From Chrysomallon squamiferum (taxonomy: Eukaryota; Animalia; Mollusca), in NCBI GenBank assembly GCA_012295275.1, contig CM022674.1:15376001-15440000 (forward strand): a DNA stretch of 64,000 nucleotides. The letters run 5' to 3'. Below are positions 55,697 to 64,000 of this stretch, in pieces (position 1 is the first letter of the stretch; each line of letters opens with the position of its first letter). The notes under the pieces are model-generated. The model ran no database searches and was not told the DNA's origin. It saw only the letters and a program-made list of their open reading frames with translations. A program made the position numbers and the translations under genes.

Positions 55697-58600
55697 TGCT
55701 AACTTAGGTCATTAGTTAAGTACTTACTTACATTATTACTCACATAATTGTTAATGTACTGACTTCTATTCTCACTTACTTAGTTACTTGATTCCTTGCT
55801 TACTTAGGTCATTATTTAGGTAAGTACTAAATTTATTTCTTACTTAGATAATTGTTAACGTACTTACTTGCATTCTCGCTGACTTACTAACTTGCATCCT
55901 TGCTTACTTAGGTCATTATTTACGTACTTAATTACGTTCTTACTTAGATAATTGTTAATGTACAAATTTGCATTTTACCTTAGTTCCTCGCTTCCTTACC
56001 AACTTAGATCATTATTTACGTACTTACTTACTTTCTTTCTTAGTTAGATAATTGTTAATGTACTTACTTAGGTTACTATTTACTAACTTACTCGCTTACT
56101 TGCTAACCTAGGACATTAGTTAAATACTTACTTACATTCTTACTCACATAATTGTAAATGTACTGACTTGCATTCTCTCTTACTTAGGTACTTGCTTCCT
56201 TGGTTACTTAGGTCATTATTTACGTAATTACTTAATTTATTTATTACTTAGATAATTGTTAATGTACTTACTTGCATTCTCACTTACTTAGAAACTTGCA
56301 TCATTGCTTACTTAGGTCATTATTTACTTACTTACTTAATTTATTTGTTATTTAGATAATTGGTAATGTACTTACTTAGGTTACAATTTACTTACTTATT
56401 CTCTTCCTTGCTAACTTAGGTCATTAGTTAAGTACTTAGATACATTCTTACTCACATAATTGTAAAGGTACTGACTTGCATTCTGACTTACTTAGTTACT
56501 TGCTTCCTTGCTTACTTAGGTCATTATTTACGTAATTACTTAATTTATTTATTACTTAGATAATTGTTAATGTACTTACTTGCATTCTCACTTAGTTTGA
56601 AACTTGCATCCTTGCTTAGTTAGGTCATTATTTACTTACTTACTTAATTTATTTGTTATTTAGATAATTGGTAATGTACTTACTTAGGTTACTATTTACT
56701 TACTTATTCTCTTCCTTGCTAACTTAGGTCATTAGTTAAGTACTTACTTACATTATTACTCACATAATTGTTAATGTACTGACTTCTATTCTCACTTACT
56801 TAGTTACTTGTTTCCTTGCTTACTTAGGTCATTATTTAGGTAAGTACTAAATTTATTTCTTACTTAGATAATTGTTAACGTACTTACTTGCATTCTCGCT
56901 GACTTACTAACTTGCATCCTTGCTTACTTAGGTGATTATTTACGTACTTAATTACGTTCTTACTAAGATAATTGTTAATGTACAAATTTGCATTTTACCT
57001 TAGTTCCTCGCTTCCTTACCAACTTAGATCATTATTTACGTACTTACTTACTTTCTTTCTTAGTTAGATAATTGTTAATGTACTTACTTAGGTTACTATT
57101 TACTAACTTACTCGCTTACTTGCTAACCTAGGACATTAGTTAAATACTTACTTACATTCTTACTCACATAATTGTAAATGTACTGACTTGCATTCTCTCT
57201 TACTTAGGTACTTGCTTCCTTGCTTACTTAGGTCATTATTTACGTAATTACTTAATTTATTTATTACTTAGATAATTGTTAATGTACTTACTTGCATTCT
57301 CACTTACTTTGAAACTTGCATCCTTGCTTAGTTAGGTCATTATTTACTTACTTACTTAATTTATTTGTTATTTAGATAATTGGTAATGTACTTACTTAGG
57401 TTACTATTTACTTACTTATTCTCTTCCTTGCTAACTTAGGTCATTAGTTAAGTACTTACTTACATTATTACTCACATAATTGTTAATGTACTGACTTCTA
57501 TTCTCACTTACTTAGTTACTTGTTTCCTTGCTTACTTAGGTCATTATTTAGGTAAGTACTAAATTTATTTCTTACTTAGATAATTGTTAACGTACTTACT
57601 TGCATTCTCGCTGACTTACTAACTTGCATCCTTGCTTACTTAGGTGATTATTTACGTAATTAATTACGTTCTTACTTAGATAATTGTTAATGTACAAATT
57701 TGCATTTTACCTTAGTTCCTCGCTTCCTTGCCAACTTAGATCATTATTTACGTACTTACTTACTTTCTTTCTTAGTTAGATAATTGTTAATGTACTTACT
57801 TAGGTTACTATTTACTAACTTACTCGCTTACTTGCTAACTTAGGTCATTAGTTAAATACTTACTTACATTCTTACTCACATAATTATAAATGTACTGACT
57901 TGCATTCTGACTTACTTAGTTACTTGCTTCCTTGCTTACTTAGGTCATTATTTACGTAATTAATTTTACTTACTTAGGTAATTGTTATTTATTTACTTGC
58001 ATTAATTACTTAGTTACTTTTTTAATGTATTATTTTTACTTGCATTCTTACTTACTTACTTAGAAAAACTCATTAGTTGTAATTACTTGCTTCCTTGCTT
58101 ACTTAGGTCATTATTTTATTTATTTATTACTTAGATAATTGTTAATGTACTTACTTGCATTCTCACTTACTTAGAAACTTGCATCATTGCTTACTTAGGT
58201 CATTATTTACTTACTTACTTAATTTATTTGTTATTTAGATAATTGGTAATGTACTTACTTAGGTTACAATTTACTTACTTATTCTCTTCCTTGCTAACTT
58301 AGGTCATTAGTTAAGTACTTACTTACATTCTTACTCACATAACTGTTAATGTACTGACTTGCATTCTCACTTACTTAGTTACTTGTTTCCTTGCTGACTT
58401 AGGTCATTATTTAGGTAAGTACTAAATTTATTTCTTACTTAGATAATTGTTAACGTACTTACTTGCATTCTCGCTGACTTAGTAACTTGCATCCTTGCTT
58501 AGTTAGGTCATTATTTACGTACTTAATTACGTTCTTACTTAGATAATTGTTAATGTACAAATTTGCATTTTACCTTAGTTCCTCGCTTCCTTACAAACTT

Positions 58601-61600
58601 AGATCATTATTTACGTACTTACTTACTTTCTTTCTTAGTTAGATAATTGTTAATGTACTTACTTAGGTTACTATTTACTAACTTACTCGCTTACTTGCTA
58701 ACCTAGGACATTAGTTAAATACTTACTTACATTCTTACTCACATAATTATAAATGTACTGACTTGCATTCTGACTTACTTAGTTACTTGCTTCCTTTGCT
58801 TAGGTCTTAGGTCATTATTTATTTAATTAATTTATTTTTATTTATTACTTAGATAATTGTTTGTTAATGTACTTACTTGCATTCTCACTTACTTTGAAAC
58901 TTGCATCCTTGCTTAGTTACTTAGGTCATTATTTTATTTTACTTACTTAATTTATTTGTTATTTAGATAATTGGTAATGTACTTACTTAGGTTACTATTT
59001 ACTTATTTCTTTCTCTTCCTTGCTAACTTAGGTCATTAGTTAAGTACTTATTTACATTCTTACTAACATAATTGTTAAATGTACTGACTTGCATTCTCAC
59101 TGACTTAGTTTCTTCTTTCCTTGTTTACTTAGGTCATTATTTACGTAATTACTTAATTTATTTATTACTTAGATAATTGTTAATGTACTTACTTGCATTC
59201 TTACTTAGAAACTTGCATCCTTGAAACTTAGGTCATTATTTTCCTTACTTAATTACGTTCTTAGATAATTGTTAATTATTTACTTTGCATTTACTTATTT
59301 TAATTTATTTGTTATTTAGATAATTGTTAACTTACTTATTTACTTTCTTAGTTAGATAATTGTTAATGTTACTTTTATTTATTTTACTTGTTTATTCTTC
59401 CTTGCTAACTTAGGTCATTAGTTAAGTACTTACTTACATTCTTACTCACATAATTGTAAATGTACTGACTTGCATTCTCTCTTACTTAGTTACTTGCTTC
59501 CTTGCTTACTTAGGTCATTATTTACGTAATTACTTAATTTATTTATTACTTAGATAATTGTTAATGTACTTTGCATTCTCATTTAGAAATTCACTTTACT
59601 TAGAAACTTGCATCCTTACTTAGGTCGTTATTTATTTACTTACTTAATTTATTTGTTATTTAGATAATTGGTAATGTTCTTTTTTTGGTTACAATTTTTT
59701 ACTTATTACTTATTCTCTTTCCTTAGGTCATTAACTTAGGTCATTAGTTACTTACTTTACATTCTTTCTTCTTACATAATTGTTAATGTACTGACTTCAT
59801 TCTCATTCTTACTTATTTAGTTTACTTTTCCTTGCTACTTAGGTCATTATTTAGGTTTACTAATTTATTTCTTACTTAGATAATTGTTAATGTACTTACT
59901 TGCATTCTCACTTACTTATTTTTGCTTCCTTACTTACTTAGGTCATTATTTAGGTACTTACTATATATTTCTTACTTAGATAATTGTTAATGTACAAATT
60001 TGCATTTTTACCTTAGTTCCTCGCTTCCTTCCCAACTTAGATCATTATTTACGTACTTACTTACTTTCTTTCTTAGTTAGATAATTGTTAATGTACATTT
60101 ACTTAGGTTACTATTTATTTAACTTACTTGCTTACTTGCTAACTTAGGTCATTAGTTAAGTACTTTACTTTACTTACATTCTTACTCACATAATTATAAA
60201 TTCTTACTGACTTGCATTCTGACTTACTTAGTTACTTGCTTCCTTGCTTACTTAGGTCATTATTTACGTAATTACTTAATTTATTTATTACTTAGATAAT
60301 TGTTAATGTACTTACTTGCATTCTCACTTACTTAGAAACTTGCATCCTTGCTTACTTAGGTCATTATTTACTTACTTACTTAATTTATTTGTTATTTAGA
60401 TAATTGGTAATGTACTTACTTAGGTTACAATTTACTTACTTATTCTCTTCCTTGCTAACTTAGGTCATTAGTTAAGTACTTACTTACATTCTTACTCACA
60501 TAATTGTAAAGGTACTGACTTGCATTCTGACTTACTTAGTTACTTGCTTCCTTGCTTACTTAGGTCATTATTTACGTAATTACTTAATTTATTTATTACT
60601 TAGATAATTGTTAATGTACTTACTTGCATTCTCACTTACTTTGAAACTTGCATCCTTGCTTAGTTAGGTCATTATTTACTTACTTACTTAATTTATTTGT
60701 TATTTAGATAATTGGTAATGTACTTACTTAGGTTACTATTTACTTACTTATTCTCTTCCTTGCTAACTTAGGTCATTAGTTAAGTACTTACTTACATTAT
60801 TACTCACATAATTGTTAATGTACTGACTTCTATTCTCACTTACTTAGTTACTTGTTTCCTTGCTTACTTAGGTCATTATTTAGGTAAGTACTAAATTTAT
60901 TTCTTACTTAGATAATTGTTAACGTACTTACTTGCATTCTCACTGACTTACTAACTTGCATCCTTGCTTACTTAGGTCATTATTTACGTACTTAATTACG
61001 TTCTTACTTAGATAATTGTTAATGTACAAATTTGCATTTTACCTTAGTTCCTCGCTTCCTTACCAACTTAGATCATTATTTACGTACTTACTTACTTTCT
61101 TTCTTAGTTAGATAATTGTTAATGTACTTACTTAGGTTACTATTTACTAACTTACTCGCTTACTTGCTAACCTAGGACATTAGTTAAGTACTTACTTACA
61201 TTCTTACTCACATAATTGTAAATGTACTGACTTGCATTCTCTCTTACTTAGGTACTTGCTTCCTTGGTTACTTAGGTCATTATTTACGTAATTACTTAAT
61301 TTATTTATTATTTAGATAATTGTTAATGTACTTACTTGCATTCTCACTTACTTTGAAACTTGCATCCTTGCTTAGTTAGGTCATTATTTACTTACTTACT
61401 TAATTTATTTGTTATTTAGATAATTGGTAATGTACTTACTTAGGTTACTATTTACTTACTTATTCTCTTCCTTGCTAACTTAGGTCATTAGTTAAGTACT
61501 TACTTACATTCTTACTCACATAATTGTTAATGTACTGACTTCTGATTCTCACTTACTTAGTTACTTGTTTCCTTGCTTACTTAGGTCATTATTTAGGTAA

Positions 61601-62110
61601 GTACTAAATTTATTTCTTACTTAGATAATTGTTAACGTACTTACTTGCATTCTCGATGACTTACTAACTTGCTTACTTAGGTCATTATTTACGTACTTAA
61701 TTACGTTCTTACTTAGATAATTGTTAATGTACAAATTTGCATTTTCACTTAGTTGCTCGCTTCCTTGCCAACTTAGATCATTATTTACGTACTTACTTAC
61801 TTTCTTTCTTAGTTAGATAATTGTTAATGTACTTACTTAGGTTACTATTTACTAACTTACTCGCTTACTTGCTAACCTAGGACATTAGTTAAATACTTAC
61901 TTACATTCTTACTCACATAATTGTAAATGTACTGACTTGCATTCTCTCTTACTTAGGTACTTGCTTCCTTGGTTACTTAGGTCATTATTTACGTAATTAC
62001 TTAATTTATTTATTACTTAGATAATTGTTAATGTACTTACTTGCATTCTCACTTACTTTGAAACTTGCATCCTTGCTTAGTTAGGTCATTATTTACTTAC
62101 TTACTTAATT
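55697..62110 (+). repeat. Satellite subfamily B with 712 bp and 1020 bp higher-order repeats
   Basis: The marker TACAAATTTG occurs at 55961, 56981 and 57693 (spacings 1020 and 712). Confidence 0.95.
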
Positions 62111-64000
62111 TATTTCTTAGATAATTGTTAATGCACTTACTTACATTGTCACTTACATAGGTTACTATTTACTTACTGATTCGCTTCCTTGGTAACTTAG
62201 GTCATTATTTACGAACTTACTTACTTTCTTACTTAGATATTTGTTAATGTACTAACTTATATTCTCACTAACTTAGATACTTGTTTCCCTCTTTACTTAG
62301 GTCATTATTTACCTATCTACCTACTTTCTTTCTTACTAAGATAATTTTTAATGTACTTAGTTACATTGTCACTTACATAGGTTACTATTTACTTACTTGT
62401 TTAGGTTACATTATTTTTACTTTCTTACTTAGATAATTTTTAATGTTAAATTTTCCTTCCTACTTAACTTAGGTCATTATTTACGAACTTATTTTTTTTC
62501 CTTCTTACTTAGATAATTTTAATGTATTAAGTTATCATTCTCACTAAATTAGTTACTTTGAATAATTTTTCTTTGTTTACTTAGGTCATTATTTTACTTA
62601 CTTTTTTTCTTTTTATTTTTTTATTTTATGTATTTACTTATTTACTTAGATACTTCTTACTTTATTTACTTTCTTTCTTACTTAGATAATTGTTAATGTA
62701 CTTAGTTACATTTCACTTACTTAGGTTACTATTTATTTTTTATTCGCTTCTTGGTAACTTCCTTCCTTACTTAGGTCATTATTTCACGAACTTACTTTTT
62801 TTTTTATTTATTATATAATTGTTAATTTACTTCATTTTCTTACTTAGATAATTTTTGAAAGTTCCATTTATTTTAGTTATTCATTTATTTATTATTTATT
62901 TTTACTTTCTTTACTTAGATAATTGTTAATTTAGTTACATTTTACTTTAGGTTACTATTTACTTACTTATTCTCTTCCTTGCTTACTTAGGTCATTATTT
63001 ACGAACTATACTTACTTACTTTCTTACTTAGATATTTGTTAATGTACTAACTTACCTTACTTAGGTCTTGTTTCCTTTGTTTACTTAGGTCATTATTTAT
63101 TTATTTACTTATTTTTTCTTTCTTACTTAGATAATTGTTAATGCACTTAGTTACATTTGTCACTTACTTAGGTTCTTTATTTATTTACTGATATTTCCTT
63201 CCTTAACTTAGATAATTGTTTATTTAATTTTCATTAACTTACTTACTTTACTTTTTACTTAGATAATTGTTAATGTACTAACTAACATTCTCACCTACTT
63301 AGATTCTTGTTTCCATGTTTACTTAGGTCCTTATTTACCTATTTTACATTTTTTACTTTCTTACTTAGATAATTGTTAATGTACTTAGTTACATTGTCAC
63401 TTAATTAGGTTACTATTTATTTTACCTTATTCACTTATTTGAAACTTAGGTCATTATTTCCATTCTTTTTACTTTCTTTCTTACTTAGATAATTGTTAGG
63501 TCATTATTTATTTATTACTTAACTTACTATCTTACGTAGATAATTGTCAATGTAATGAAGTTGCATTCTCTTAACTTAAATTGATTTCTTGTCATTAATC
63601 TTTTACTTTCTTTTTACTTAGATAATTATTAATTTACTTAGTTACATTGTCACTTACTTTTTACTATTTACTTACTGATTACTTACTTTGTAATTTAGAT
63701 TAAATGCTAAAATAATGTACTTACTTACATTCTGACTGAATTAGGTTTGTTAATTTATTTATTTATATTTACGAAGACTTACTTTTTCCTATTTTTCATT
63801 TCTTGTTAATTTATTTACTTTTTTACTTAGATAATTGTTAATTCTTTTTATTTTCTTCCTTGTATTATTTCCATTTTATTTACTTCCTTTCTTACTTAGA
63901 TAATTTAGATAATTTGTTAATGCACTTAGTTACATTGTCACTATTTTACATCGGGTTACCATTTACTTACTTATTCGCTTTCCTTGCTTACTTAGGTCAT
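62111..64000 (+). repeat. Satellite subfamily A, increasingly degenerate or noisy
   Basis: A-specific motifs return (ACATTGTCACTTACATAGG, CCTATCTACCTAC). Confidence 0.85.

Overview
AT-rich animal genomic DNA with spliceosomal introns and many microsatellites; the gene content suggests a lophotrochozoan, probably a mollusc (inference). It has two 200-N scaffold gaps (26532-26731, 52254-52453). About 27 kb is satellite: a TTAC-rich ~100-120 bp monomer family in two subfamilies with higher-order repeats (1-8222, 45277-52253, 55696-64000), plus a 53-bp telomere-like satellite (52454-55696). Between the arrays is a ~37 kb island of mostly damaged or partial genes: a LINE 3' end, the last exons of a tyrosine decarboxylase (plus an inverted decayed copy), a convergent pair of orphan low-complexity genes (His-rich repeat; Trp/Arg-rich with a Cys tail), a ZAP/PARP12-like CCCH-WWE gene carrying ~36 copies of a 17-aa repeat (plus a truncated duplicate), an LRR fragment, a signal peptide-MRH-TM-kinase receptor, and a PAN-fibrinogen-domain gene. 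Nearly every gene has frameshifts, stops or missing exons. The island is bounded at both ends by the same satellite, in inverted orientation and the same register. All calls come from manual translation and motif recognition; no database searches were run.
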